DNA from: Ginglymostoma cirratum
Taxonomy: Eukaryota
Length of the DNA stretch: 64,000 nucleotides
Assembly: GCA_024137785.1 (NCBI GenBank)
Contig: JAHRHZ010000115.1
Coordinates: 1,308,428 to 1,372,427, forward strand
Direction of reading: 5' to 3'
Shown one piece after another: positions 11,406 to 25,420 of this stretch (the stretch's first letter is position 1; every line of letters starts with the position of its first letter). The position numbers were made by a program, and so were the translations under genes. A model generated the notes under the pieces. It did no database searches, had not been told where the DNA came from, and worked only from the letters and a program-made list of their open reading frames with translations.

Positions 11406-14400
11406 CGCCGATGCTTAACGCCTAGATTGTGTGGAATTATGGTTTGAGCAGCTAATTACGGACTAAAACAAAAGTGAAAGACAGTGATGACTATTGTGCA
11501 CGAGGCAGGAAGTGAGTATGGAGCTTATGTTCCAAGTCTCAGTGTAGGTGTTAATGGGTCAGAATTTACTGCCCGCTGTTTACATTTGCTCACACATCAC
11601 TTTTAAACAGTTAGTTTAACAGGTGAAAATATCCCTTTTAAACCAATATAAAAGTTAATTGTCTCTTTATGCGAGTTTTCAGTGTCGAGTGCTCGTTTGT
11701 GAATTGTCTGGTTATGCAGTGGCAGAAGGTGATGAGAATTCTCACTGAGCAACATTGAAACAGAAAAACCCGGAGTTACTGTTTTCGAATTGCGAAAGCA
11801 ATGGGTATCTTGATGGGCATAAATAGTCCACCTTGCAGCGCTGCACCTTACATGGTGCCTGTCTAGTTGACAGGCGATCCTGGTTTCAAATCTATCTTTC
11901 TCCACATCAACAGTAAAGATGTAAGTATAAATTCCCTACTTATGATGGAATTGTTTTGGGGATGAATTAGAAATTCTATTTGCACTTCAAAAAGTTCATA
12001 GCTCTTTGCGATAAATAACGTCTCATCACATCAGTGCATATTATCTTGAGAATGCGAGCCCAATTCGAGACACACCAGCCAGGTTAAAAAAAAACTCAAC
12101 AGCTCCAACCTCAAACTTTCTCCGAATTTCAGACTTTCCAAAGAGCGGAAATGTCAAATGAGAGAAGTGGAGAGATGCGAACCAAGAGAGTGAAAGAATG
12201 TAAGTTTGACGCACAGAGAGGAAGAGGAGCAGATGGAAACATATAAACAGGTACACACGATAAGGACAAATTCAGCATTCGACATGAATGGTAAATGACA
12301 GAACGAAAGTAAGCAAAAGCGTTTTAGCAAATTATTTCATCAGGACAGGTCAATGGGAGCAGCATTAGAGCTGACGAAGTCTTTTTTTAATTGTAACGTT
12401 GATGGTTGTAATCTAATAAGAAAGAGAGAGAGTGAAACAGTGCTGATTTTTAAAAAAAAAAACCTGATGTTTCCCTTCAGAAAAGCTGTCCGACTTCAGG
12501 AGTTTTGCCAAAAATTTTTGTCTTCGTGTGGTTTCTTTGCCCGACAGATAAATGGGAAAGAAAGCCCAGCGGGGGACACCAGTCATCACTCAGACTTGGG
12601 GACACTGGATGTGATGTTCCTTCGATACTAGGGTCACTGTTAATCATTGTCAAAAATTCCACGGAAACACCGAGGGAGGCCGTGACAAAAAGTAAGAATC
12701 TAAGAAACGCATTTTCTGAGAAAGTCCAACAGTTTTCTTGTGGGCACGTTTGTTGTGCACTAAGTATGCGACGAATAAGGAAAGGCTAACAGCAGAAAGG
12801 AAAATGAAAGAATAGATGATGGAAAAGTCCAAAGGGGACAAATTCCCAAATCAATGAAAAAGAGCAACTCCGATCATTCTGATAAAGGCAGGAACGTCTT
12901 AAAACAGTGAGCGAACATCAGGAAATCAGATATTACAAATTTCATTTTCATCCATGCATCTCAGTGGCATGGGTACCACTGTTGTTAACTGACCATTCTG
13001 TCACTACTTGCGATTGAAACTGTGAGCACTTCGCATAAAGGAAAGATTTTGAAGAAGATCCATATGAGGCCCCAAAAAGTTGACGGTGTTTCCGTCTCTA
13101 CAAATGCTACCACATCTGCTGGAGGTTTTTTTAAGCGGTTGCCTCATTTACTTCACATTTCCCGAACGACGACATTACTTTAAGCAAACCTAGTGTGGTA
13201 GCATTGCCTGAATTGCCTTCATGATTGCTTTTTTAGGCAAATGCACAACAGTCTCCGGAGAGACCGTTAAAAATTGCCCTGACTGACTGGATTGCAAGAT
13301 GGCACAGTGCGCTATTGGAGATAGTTTCGAATAAGCAATAATCGTGCTTCGAATAAACCTCATAAGCGACGATACTGCTACTGAGAAAAGCTGCTCTGGT
13401 GCAGCCCGTGGAGATCAGTTATTTCGGACTCATACCATTCACCCTTATGGTGCGGAACATACATCAAATCCAATCATTTTGATTGATTATCTGCGGTGGA
13501 GTCGGTCAATTATTAATTTAAGCTGAAATTCGATGAGAGGATTAAAGCATTATTTCGCAGACAGAATGTTGAAATGTGAGGATTTATTCTGGAATGTTAA
13601 TGCGTTAATATTTCTGATGCCAGCAATGGAACGAATCAGTTTCTGCAGGGAGCAGTTTTCTGAACTAGCAATGTTCAATAGTGACATTCACGCTCTCTAC
13701 CTGAAATTAGCGTTGACATAGTCATAGATTATCCGCTTTCAAGTCAATAACTAGTTCTTCTTTGAAATCTCTGGCTTAAGAAGCACAGTCACGGAAGTGT
13801 TTCCACGGTTTATGCAATGTCTTTGCACACTGCACCTCAGGCAATGAAATTAAGACTTTAACACTATATTAGGACAAAAATATTACGTAGTAAAAATGTT
13901 TATTCTGAAAACTGATTGCCCTCCCATTATTTTTTCATAAAAAAATCTTTGAAACTGAGACAACCCATGTTACTTCATATGCATAGACATTTACAACCTC
14001 ACCCCTCTGATCTTGAAACGGTGAAAGAGTCTGCAAAAGGAAAGGGGGAAAGGGTTGCTGCAGCTCTAATGAGTCGTAATTAGTTCATACCGGCAGGTTG
14101 GGTTATAGAATGTTCTTCGTGCTCTGCAGATGTTGAGCTACTGATAATGACAACTTTTCACAAATCATCCTGGGATGTTTGACACCCCTTCCTTCGCTCT
14201 GTTCCAGGGAACTGTGAAAAAAAATCATAAATAACGAAAAGTGTCGATAACACATCATCTGTTCTCCTTCGTTGCAGACCCAAAATTTCAAGATTAAATG
14301 TATTCATTTCAGGAGGAAATAAGTATAAGGCCCAACAGGGAGAAAAGAAACAACATTTTCGATACAAAACCTGTTAGGATCCGTGCCTGAAATTAGTTTA

Positions 14401-14474
14401 ACATTACAGGGAGAGTTGAATTTCTGTAATCGTTTGTTCAGTGACAACAAAATTCATTGTTATAACATGATGGA

Positions 14475-14800
14475 TCTGTGGATTACTCTGGGGAAATGGA
14501 GTTCAGTGTCAGTTCACTTGTTCATTGACTGACAAGGGAAACCTCGCCGGAGTCACAGATAACAGTGACTCAACGGTTAGACGAATGGAATTCAGTGGGA
14601 GATATTGATGTGGGAATAAACCAAATCCAGTGTAAAATCCCGATCTTCGGAATGACAATATCAACTGTAACTTTCGCTCTAAGTGACGCACCATGCTGTC
14701 TTTGAACAGTATTTGTTTCTTCAGTGCTGCTTTGTCAAGATCCTGGGACTCCCTTGTTAAACGCACTGTGTGTGACTGTACACCCACAAGGATCTCAGCG
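14475..14800 (-). pseudogene. Highly degenerate V relic
   Basis: RHLERKLQLILSFRRSGFYTGFG...NSIRLTVESLL(S)DSG resembles FR2-FR3. Paralogue at ~37495-37800. Confidence 0.35.
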
Positions 14801-15139
14801 GCTCAAGAGATAAAACACCTTCAACTTGTGCAAGGCAAATTGAGATCACAATAGGATTTTGTTTCTCTCAAACGTCACGAGAAGAAGATGAATCTGCTAG
14901 TCTTTATATAACTGATATACCCAGATGTAAACCACTGGCAAAGACACAATAAATTTTTATGACGGGTAAATAAAGCTAATTTCCAGACAAGCCAGCAAGC
15001 GGGAAACACATGTGACTGAGACTACACTGATCATGTTGACTCTTCCACCAGCTGTCAGTGAATCTGCTCATTTGGTTAGTGTCCTTCACATTTGAGTTAC
15101 GTCTCACTTCCTGTTTGATATTTTAAAGTAAGCCTCTAT

Positions 15140-15388
15140 TAGACTGGACCACCGAACCTATCGTGCTGACAAAAAAAGGTCTCCTCAGAAATCCCTCTTT
15201 GTTTTGTCAATATTTTCCTTTCTCTTTAGCACTAACTCCATGGAACCACAGCACCGTTAATGGTGCCAGAATAGGTAAGGATGGCAACTTTTCGTAGCTG
15301 TGTAAATGCAGAACAACTGGACATCATCCCCTTCATTGACTTCGATTGAAGCCAGTGTCTGTGAGATGGAATGTCCTCAACAAGCCCT
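15140..15388 (-). pseudogene. TCR V pseudogene, 3'-truncated
   Basis: After ttttAG: GHSISQTLASIEVNEGDDVQLFCIYTATKSCHPYLFWHH*RCCGSMELVLKRK; FR3 end and RSS missing. Complete paralogue at 38516-38860. Confidence 0.8.
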
Positions 15389-15914
15389 CTAAAAGACCCA
15401 AGATTAAGAGTATATTGAGGAATAACGCGTCATTATTCGTATCATGCACTTTCGACTTCTCACCTTGAAAAATGACCGGAAAAGTAAAGCATCAAATTTA
15501 ATTCGTAATCCAATACACTCAACGCAGGTGATGAAGTGGAAAGGTTTCGACATATTAAACAATAAGCCCTTAATAGACAGAGCACATCTTCTAACGAGCT
15601 TATTACCCATTTTACTGCCGCGATTCGAAAGGAAAACCAAAAAGGACAGGTGGATTTACAAATCCTTCCACTTCCGTGTCATCTCAATAGTCTCAGGCCT
15701 GTCTGTATTTCCAGTCTATCTCTTCCACTGTCACCCATTCGGGGAAGTTCGCTTTGTTTTGCCAAACTGTGCTCCACCCTGGGGCAAGTTTAGATCATAT
15801 AAAATGTTAATTGGTGTTGAATATATGGCTGCCTCGATATTCATCGAACTGCTTGAGTATATGTAAATCCTGACAAATAACGGAACTACAAAAACACACT
15901 ATTTGTTAACCCAC

Positions 15915-16260
15915 CGGTAGAAGAGCTGCAGAATTACAAACAGATCTTCCGGCGACATGTTTGCGGGACAATATGGTGAATTTCAGCAGAAATGACCGAA
16001 GCTGAAGATAACAAGGTGTAAAGCTGGATGAACACAGCAGGCCAAGCAGCATCAGAGCAGCAGGAAAGCTGACGTTTCAGGTCGAAGTTGAAATTGTTTT
16101 TTTCAGAAGTTAGGAAAACTTTGAATAATTTCCGAGTCTCTGCTTATTGGTTCCCGGTTGGTGTAGGCATCAGGGGACACACAATATGCTTTCAGCTCCT
16201 TTATTCTTCAATTCAACCAATGATATTCAAGCTCCTTTGAGCTCTGCTTCACGGGGATAG
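15915..16260 (-). pseudogene. Degenerate V relic (paralogue ~39370-39640)
   Basis: FR3-like ANMSPEDL..FCS here and PFTVIVL...ELRVYFCSST in unit B. Interrupted by a short insertion at 16007-16082. Confidence 0.35.
16007..16082 (-). mobile_element. 76-bp Penelope pLTR-derived insertion with TSD
   Basis: Flanked by CGAAGCTGAA / CGAAGTTGAA; empty site in unit B (~39450). Confidence 0.75.
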
Positions 16261-16289
16261 GGTGGAGCGGAATAACTAAATAAATTCAC

Positions 16290-17046
16290 TTTGAAAGTGG
16301 TAACAGGAATACAAAGTACTGGGCTAATTGTAAGATTCTTGGTAGTGTGGACGGGCAGAGTTCTCGCTGTTCATGTACATAGATCCCTGAAAGTTGTCAC
16401 CCAGGTTAATAGGGTTGTTAAGAAGGCATACGGTGTGTTAGGTTTTATTGGTAGAGGGATTGAGTTTCGGAGCCATGAGGTCATGTTGCAGCTATGCAAA
16501 ACTCTGGTGTGGCCGCACTTGGAGTATTGCGTACAGTTCTGGGCGCTGCATTAAAGGAAGGATGTGGAAGCATTGGCAAGGTACAGAGGAGATTTACCAG
16601 GATGTTGCCTGGTATGAAGGGAAGGTCTTATGAGGAAAGGCTGAGGGACTTGAGGCTGTTTTCGTTACAGAGAAGAAGGTTAAGAGGTGACTTAATAGAG
16701 ACATACAAGAAGATCAGAGGATTAGATAGGGTGGACAGTGAGAGCCTTTTTCCTCAGATGTGATGGCTAACAAGGAGGGGACATAGTGTTAAATTGAGGG
16801 GTGATAGATATAGGGCAGATGTCAGAGGTAGGTTCTTTACTCAGAGAGTAGTAAGGGCGTAGAATGCCCTGCCTGCAACAATAGTAGACTCGCCAACTTT
16901 AAAGGCATTTAAATGGTCATTGGATAAACATATGGATGATAATGGAATAATGTAGGTTAGATGGGCTTCAGCTTGGTTTCACAGGTCGGCGCAACGTCGA
17001 GGGCCGATGAGCCTGTACTTCACTGTAATGTTCTATGTTCTATGTT
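16290..17046 (+). mobile_element. CR1 LINE, 5'-truncated
   Basis: ORF2 C-terminus KTLVWPHLEYCVQFW...RRLRGDLIETYK with (TGTTCTA)n tail; absent from unit B. Confidence 0.92.
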
Positions 17047-18098
17047 AATTTGCTCACCCGGCAACAGGATATTGGATAAAAAATAAACTGAATGTTGATG
17101 CTGAATAGCTTTTCTTTATGCGTATTCAGATCCAGAGAAGGAAAAGATTTCATGTTGTTCGAGTTCCCCAGTCAACAGAGTTATTCCCTGACTCTTAGAG
17201 CTCCTTGCAGCTGATACAGTGGGCAGTTGCACCTGAGGAATTTGGATAGGTCCATGATGAAAAACACAATCACATTTTAATGATTTTAAGCTTAAAGGGA
17301 GTTATTATTTTTGTTGCATCTACAGGCAAGATTCATAGTAACAGGAGTCATTGTAACATATTAGACGTAACTTCTGCATTTATGCTAGAGGTGCTGTACC
17401 TGATAGTACCAATGTCTTTGGTATCAACATGGACTGGTTCCCATCCCTCCCACTCTAAGATCTCCTCTAATCCGGAGGAGATCTCTTTATCCCTGTCATC
17501 TGACAGGTAGCCCAGCTTTCAGTACTCCAGCTTATGACTGCTGATAACATTACATATCCTGCTAATTATGCTGTTTCCTATCATCACGACAGTCGTATTC
17601 TTTTCACGAACTAAATTTTATTCTGCCATTTTTAATTAAAAATTATCGAGATGGAGCAATATCCAATTATCAGCTATTAGAGACAATTCAATTGTGTGAC
17701 TCAAAAAGAAATAGGTGATGTGCAACGAAAGACCACTTTGCTTTTTACAAGACTTATTCAGTTGTGATTCAAACTGATCTTAAAGTCTGAATCACGGTCG
17801 ATATGCTTCACTGCTTTCACTTTTCCTTCCACGTTCTCTTAATACACTGTCCTCTGCACCTATAATGTACGCCTTCATATCCTCATTTTTTTCCGCGCTA
17901 ACACTGGCCAATGAATTTCTTTTCCTTTTTATCTGTGCATAATACCAGTCTCTTCACGACTGACCCTCATTAATATTTTCATTAATATAAATTGTCATTT
18001 TATTTTATGCCAATTACCCAGCAACATCATGTTATGGAACTCTGACATAGGCTTCGTTGTTGCTTGAAGTACAGCATAGCGGGCTTCCACTCTTCGTA

Positions 18099-18415
18099 CA
18101 TTTCTGTGCAAGCTCGACGTATGTTTGCAACATTGTGCCCTCATGACGCAGAAATAACTGACACTGTCTCTGATTCTGGAGTCTCTCACAGTCAGGGCAC
18201 CTAAGTTATTTCCTCCACTGATTAAAGCAGTGATCCTCTGTAGATAAGCTCTGCGTTTGGCCATCACCAGATTCTGGGGTAGAAGATTCAGGATTTGTTT
18301 TCCCAGTACACAATGGAAAAAGTAATGGTGCTAGTACAGTTCATAGTTCTGATTCCTATTTCACTGACGAAAGCCAGTCCAGGGTATTGCGACACCACAA
18401 GTTGTCCAGCCACGT
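18099..18415 (-). pseudogene. TCR V pseudogene with 23-RSS
   Basis: cgcAG-DVAGQLVVSQYPG...MNC...in-frame TGA...GALTVRDSRIRDSVSYFCVMR. RSS CACAATG-23-ACAGAAATG (18137-18099). Confidence 0.85.
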
Positions 18416-19399
18416 CTGCGCAGGTCAGAGTGCAAAAGAGGAAAACTGCTCTCTGTGTCTGGAACTTTGTCATATTATCTGAAACGCTTTTTAAAGCAAA
18501 TGTCTGCGATGGACGTGTTGTAAGCAGTAGAGAGATTAATTATCCGGATAGTAAACAATGAGCCAAACGCCATCTTTAGAGATCACTTCTTGTCGAAGTT
18601 CCAGAAGAAGTTGAGTCTCCAGTTTTTGTCTTTCAGCTCCAAACCTTTTATACTGACAGCTGTTCTCGCTGTCTGTAAGTTTGGTACACTTCAGGCCGTC
18701 GCGTTTAATAATTATCATAACTTTACACTGCCTTTTACTGGTGTATATTGGTAAGTGCAGGATAAAATTGCTCACCGCAAATTGCATTTGAATGAATAGT
18801 GTTAAATTCGACTACATATGCCCTCCTTCCTGGTAAAACACTCTAATGCGGGAATAGAGTGCATTTCAGCTTGATTTGCAGCGTCCCTAATTCAGGCTGG
18901 TTTTCCTTTGCATTGTGTCTAAACTTCCACAGTGTAATCATTCCCAGTGGAACAAAAGGAATGACTCAGCATTAGTCATAAAATTCCAGCTTTCACTTTG
19001 AATGCACATGTTCCCTCGCATTGTTGCGATGTATATGTTACTTCCTCTTAATATATCAAAAGGAAAAGTAACATTGAAAACTCATTACAACAATTCAATT
19101 TTGCACATAAATTGCTCGCAATGTTAAAACAATGATATACTTGTGTGTTTATTACTTCTGGACTGGTTCAAACATAACACGGAGACTCCTACCCTTTGTT
19201 GACGAGGAACACAGGATAGAACTTCCCAGCACAAGATGGCAATTTTGAATGATGGTTTTGCACGACGAATTTTAATGTTTATCACTGTTCAGGGTTTTGC
19301 ATTCCTGCTCCTTTTGTCTTTAATTTTCGATTTAGGTCAGCATCTGATAATAATGAATGTGCTTTTCCACAGGAAAAATTCACCACTTCAGGAAAACCG

Positions 19400-21170
19400 A
19401 AAGTACTGCAGATGCTGTAAATCAGAAACAAAAACAGAAGGTGTTGGAACAGCTCAGCAGGCCTGGGAACGTCTGTGAAGAAAAAAATTAACCAGCGTTA
19501 ACACTTCGGATCTAGTGATCCTTCCCGAGAACTGATGGAGGCTGAGAAAACGTCCGTTTCTAGGCCGATAATATGGAGAAGGATGTTGTAGGGAGGAAAC
19601 AATTGGAAAAATGATAGAGCCGGAGAGAAGAGCAGTCGGATAGACAGAGGAGTTAATAAGGATCTGGCTAGGAGTGTGAACAGCCGTTAACAGAGACACT
19701 TAGTGACTAAAAATAAGTTGTGTTTAATGGTCGGCTGTGTGGGATAAGGGGATAGGACATGTAAGAATGTTAGCCCTAAAATTATTGAACTTGATAATGA
19801 TCCCTGGGAGCTGCAGGGACCCTAAAAAGAAATGGTTGTTCTTCCAGCTTACGTTCAGCTTCGCTGGAATGCTACAGCAAGCCAGAGACAGACATTTTGG
19901 TTATGGAAGAGGGCGGTGCGTTAAGATGGCATGCGACTGCAAGCTCAGGGTCTTTTTTTGCGAAGAGTACACCAATGTTCTGTGAATCGATCAACAGTCT
20001 GTGCTTCATTTCACCGATGTAGAGGAGATCACATTGCATTTCCACGAATGCAGTAGATTAGATTTTGCAAAATGGAGCTGAAGAGTTGACTCACTTGGAC
20101 GTTATGTTTGTGCGCCTGAAGAGTGGGGAAGGAGGAGGTAAATTGGCAGGCATGAAACTTCCCCGTTGGCATGTGAAGGTGACGTGGGGCCGTGTGGGGT
20201 ATGATCAGAAGATCAGAAGAGCGGACCAGGGTGTCTCAGAGGGACTGGTCCATGCAGAACTTGGACAAGGGAGTGGAGGAGAATATGTGTATGGTGTTGG
20301 CATCTTGCTGGAGGAGGCGGAAATGGCATTTGATGACCTTCTGGATGTGGATTCTGGTGGGATAGTAGGTAAGGACAAGGAGAACACAATTACTGTTGCA
20401 TTGTGGAAGGAGGGAGGTTAAGGGCCGAAGTGTTGGAGATGGGTTGGGTCCAGTTGACGGCCTTGTCGACGTGTGCTGCGTGCCATGTGCTGTGGGATTT
20501 TAGTTTGAGGAAGAAGGTGAACATTTTGACGGATCCCTTGTCGAAGTTGGACTCATCTCAACATATGCGATGGAGGAGCCAGAATTCAGAATCTTGGATG
20601 GAGTCTTTATTGGAAGCAGAGATTTTGGATCTATAGTCCAGTTAGCTGTGCCAATAGGGGGTTTCTGATGGGTATTAGTGTGTGACCCACCCCAGAAATG
20701 GAAACAGAGTTGTCGAGGAAGGGAAGGGGTGAGTCAAAGATAAACAAGATGGAAGGGAGGGCTTTATGGAAATTGGAAACGAAATCAATGAACTTTTCCA
20801 ATTCCAGACGATAGAGTGAAGTAGAACCGATGTTGTAACCGAAATATCAGAGAAAGAGGTTCGTGTGTGGTCCGGAATATGACTGGAACAAAGAACACTC
20901 CACGTAACACTCGAAGACACGTTGATAACTCGGGCCCATGCAGGTACCTATGGACAAGCACCTCACTGAAGAAAATAAGCGGAGTTAAACAAAAGGAACG
21001 AGCTCATATAAGCGGAGGAGGGTGCTAGTGGATGGGGACGATTCAGGACTTTGCTCCAGGAAGAAGCAGAGAGCCTTAAGACTCTCCTGGTGGAGAATGG
21101 ATATGAAGAGGGATTGGGCATTCATGGTAAAAAGAAAAGGAGGCAGCCGCAAACACTTATGTTTCTGATC
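19400..21170 (-). mobile_element. Decayed Penelope-like retroelement
   Basis: LFTMNAQSLFISILHQESLKALCFFLEQ (RT) and pLTR-like end 19400-19530. It abuts and truncates the inverted V at 21175. Confidence 0.8.
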
Positions 21171-21174
21171 CAAC

Positions 21175-21418
21175 TACTAATATTTCCTGGTACAGTCATC
21201 TCCCAGGGCAGCCTCCACAGTGTATGGTTCACATGATTGCAGCAAAGATTACAAACAGGAATCCTGACTTGTCTGACAGATTCTCTTTCACATTCACTTA
21301 ATCCACGCGTGTTACTAAGTTAGCAATCAACAGCACCATCTCCTCTGACACCTCCATGTACTTTTGTGCTGTGGAGGCCACACTGATGCAGAGGTATGAC
21401 ATAGCTCCTACATAAATT
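21175..21418 (+). pseudogene. Inverted TCR V pseudogene (5' half lost)
   Basis: ISWYSHLPGQPPQCMVHMIAAKITNRNPDLSDRFSFTFT*STRVTKLAINSTISSDTSMYFCAVE. RSS CACACTG-24-ACATAAATT (21379-21418). Confidence 0.88.
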
Positions 21419-23891
21419 CAGTCTGACAGCGCCTTAGAGCACACCAGAAGGCACTTTCACACCGAGAAACATAAAGAGCAAATCAATTCCAGAGGAACAG
21501 TCGCATACTTAAAGTGAGAAAAACATATCATAGATTTCTTTTAGAAAAGTTTTCTTTTAACCCATGACGTACTCAACTATTTTCCCTTCTCATCCTTCCA
21601 GTGAGTGACCTTTATCAACAGCTATTGAAATGTAATGACACTGGCGAAGTTTTAACAATGTAATTGTGTAAAACTTGCAAGCGGGTACTTTAATTGTGGA
21701 ATACCGGCTTCCCATTAACAGGGATGGAAGATTGAATAGAAACTCTTCACTCCTCTCTCTGAAGATTTGAGAGAATTCAACAGAACATCACCAGAGACAT
21801 CCAGCTCACAGACTTCTGTCTTAAGATCCGCTCCCAAGAGGTGAGTTAAATGTTTCTTCAGCACTTGTATGAAATGTTGAATGAATGGAAGTTTCACATC
21901 TGAAATCTGCAATGGTCTCTGTTGGACATTCAACCATAATCATCAACAGAAACAAATGGGTAAGAAGCAACTTTAATGGGGTTCCTAAGAGTAAAGCATG
22001 CTGTGTAGAGACACGGTGAATTTTCGTGCACTCTGTGCCATTCATATCGAAACATATTGCCATGCACATTTAAAAATATTATGAGTAATCTCATGTTGGT
22101 GAAACAAAATGCAACTGTTGTCACATTATTCACTCCTGCAATAGAACGGTGCATTATATGATTCCTTCAAATTGTTTCAATGAACTTCCCGTGCATTCCA
22201 ACGGAATGAGATCTTCACCTGCACCTGCTGTAGTGGAGAGTATCATCGGCAGATTTTCCGTAGGTTAATGAGTTCTGTATCTTTCAAAAGAAAGAATTGA
22301 CACCATTGTGCTAGGCCCGGGCTTAGAATATTTTGCCGAAATGTTCCCCAGATGTATGCTTACATTTACCAAAAAGATTATGTCGCAAATTGAAAACAAA
22401 ACGCACCAACATTGGTGCAGAAGGCCTCCAAATATTTTCCTTCAATTCAAATCAATATTTTGATATTTCATACTTCGATTCACTACAATATATGCAACAG
22501 TTTAATTTTGGAATTTACCAAATACCATAGCTGAAGTGCTAACGATTATGTGAAACATATCGAAACATATAATGTTGGAAATCACAGCAGGTAAGACAGC
22601 ATTCGCGAAAAGAGAGCAAGGTAACTTATCATGTCGAAATGATTCTTCATCAGATCTGATAAGAAGTAAAAGGTGTGCCCCGACATGTTTACTCAGACAG
22701 GTTATAACAGAAATAGTTATTCGGCAACAGAAAGTAAGATGAAGCTGATGTCCATGTGTCTAATGGCAGTATGTTCTGTAAAGACATACAAAGCAAAATC
22801 CATTCAGGTAACTTCTTACATTTTCTACGAATCAACACGTCAGCACAGGACGGCGAGAAATAGAGTGAAGTTGAAATCGGAAATCTCCTGTAGTTTAAGT
22901 TGATACTGAACTTGAAACTTAGAAGTATTGTGCCTGTCCTCATTCATGTAGGACGATAAACATCGACATCACCTATTCAGAGCAGAGTGTAGATTCTTGT
23001 TTCACAACGGGAACTTGGTGCCATTGAAACAGATTTTGTTAGAGAATTTGGAACTGTCAGTGACGGAGATTCACGTTTATGTTGCTGCTTGCAATACAGC
23101 GAGTTGCAGGAATAGACATAAAATACCTTCACTGCATGTTTAAAAATGGTTATATCTTGCAATTAACAATTCAAAAAGAAAAGTGAATGGAAGATCCTGA
23201 GAGTATATGTGCCATATGGAAGAATGCATTTTATTGCACTCTTCCTGGAAATATTCTTGGCAGATGCTGCTGTTAGTGCAGAGGGCTCCGTTTGGCCTGA
23301 GTCAGTGATTGCTACCCACATGGAGAGACAGCACTTTTTTTCCACCAGAGCGGTTAAATACACTCTGATTCATTAATACAACATCAAGTGTAAGGGATCT
23401 TATCGCCCATAGGCAGCATCTCGCCCCAGATGCGGGGAGCTTGCATTCAAGTTTCACCTGCTCGAATGGTGCGTTGCAAAGTCTCTGAAAAGATTAATTA
23501 GAAAATGTCGACAATGGCTACAGCACCCAATGAGCAATACTATTGATTAACAACTAACTTGGGTCTGTTCACTTCAGCAGAGAAGCTGTCATATTGTCGA
23601 CTCTCTGACTGTCGGCGACAGTTGAGGATGCGGCATTGTCGAATTGCGCCTGTGTCCTTGGGACCGTGTGTCATAGATTCATAACGACTTTGCAAATTAA
23701 AGCAAGTTGCTGTTCACGCCACTTGTTGCATGTACAAACATCTGGACGTTCGGAATAATTTCAAACTGAGCATGCAACTAATATCGCCATCTGACAGTCA
23801 GTAAGGCCTGTCCCCATTCAAGATTACATTTTAATATCAGTCAAGTGTGAATGTACATTTAAAATATTTTTGTCGTGTTGTGATTGTAAGA

Positions 23892-24225
23892 TGTTGATGT
23901 CATGCGTTTTAGTTTTTTATCTTTTCTGTGCCTCACAGCACCGTAATATACTAGCATACATTACACACTCAGAATGCTTATAGTAAGATAACTATGCTTA
24001 TTACAGTTGTCAGAAGATGCTTTGTGTGTGGTCCTGAAACTTCTAATTTCCTCTAATATTACTATTTCGGTAAAATTCTGCCTTGCATGATGTATCATTT
24101 TCTGCAGATATCACTGCATGTGGCTTGCGTCCAGGTAGCTCTTGTCATAATCCAAATTTACACATACTCTTCAGCCATGACTGAGATCTCCAGAGACTGC
24201 GTTACTCGATTTTCACAGAGTCCAA
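23892..24225 (-). pseudogene. TCR V pseudogene
   Basis: GLCENRVTQSLEISVMAEE...NKHSYLTISILSV*CMLVYYGAVR. RSS-like CACAGAA-23-ACATCAACA. Paralogue at 52896-53235. Confidence 0.7.
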
Positions 24226-25111
24226 TTATGAGTACAGAGGAATAAAGTATCAATTAGGTAGCAATATCCATCCAAGTATGTTTACATAACAGCAATTATG
24301 TCGAGTCTCATTTCTTCTGAGCTGTCCTTTATATGGAAATTATGTCTCGGTAATTATATAAAACGCAATATCAAACTTTGAAGAATTAGTGTAAAATTGT
24401 CCCATTGAATATAAACCAAGACAGACTCTCTTAAAATAAAGACAGAAATGATCAAAATCATTTCGGAGTGCATCTCTGTCAGCAAATTAAAATGGAATGA
24501 GTGTGATTTGCGAAGACAGGAGTGAACTCGGACTCTCTTCGCACCATACTTTAAGGCGATCATCTCACCAAGACGGCGCAGGGGCCTTGCCCATCGTCAC
24601 GGAACATGCTGTAGGAACACAGGTCCATTGTGACCTTACTCACTGCAGGATGCCTGGCCGATTTTGGCCTCAAACTCAGCACAGAGACATATCAACTGTT
24701 ACTTGACTTATTGCAGCTGCACAGACCCATTAACAGCTGAGTCAATGAGAGGAGACAGCCTCGTTGCGAACTCACTCATTTATCGATATCAGGCTTTTTT
24801 ATGCCCTCACTCAACTCGAGTTGCTCCTTGATTATGGTGCTCCCGTCACATTAGACACTGGTGAGGCATTCCTCGTGTATGTATCCAGTTGAATAAAGTT
24901 TGAATGCATCAATGAATATGGTCAAGATTTATTGGTGGTCATAACAAGGCAAAAAAAATTACAAAAAGGCTTTCCGAGAAACTTTGTTTGGAGCTACTGA
25001 GAGTTTATTGCTGTTGATGTTTCTGCCTGACTGTCATTACATTACAATTCAAAACAATGACTTTTAGCTAATGGTCAGTTCCCAACCCGAACAATATGAA
25101 ATGCGAACACC

Positions 25112-25420
25112 AAGTGGTATTATCCTTGGACTGTTAATCCAGAGGCGTAGGTAACGGATTCGAAGTCACTAATTGAATGCTTTGGAAATCTTGACTCAGG
25201 AGTCCAATCATTAACATGAATCCATTGTCAACTGGAGAAAATGCATTTGGTTCATTCATGTTATTTAGGTAAGGAAACTGCCATTCTTGCCTTGTCTGGT
25301 CAACGTGTGACTCCAAACCCACAGCAATATGGTTGACTTTCAACTGCACTGTGGGAAATTAGAGCTATGCAATAAAAACGGGTCTGGCTAGCGATGCCAA
25401 CATGCCATGAATTCATAAAA
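25112..25420 (+). mobile_element. Deu-domain SINE (SacSINE1-like)
   Basis: tggttcattcatgttatttaggtaaggaaactgcc...gtgactccaaacccacagcaatatggttgact core. Confidence 0.65.

Noticed and set aside
13230-13420. LRINLISDDTAT..C motif resembling V FR3
   Set aside because: No Trp41 region or RSS, and the motif is poorly kept in the unit B paralogue.
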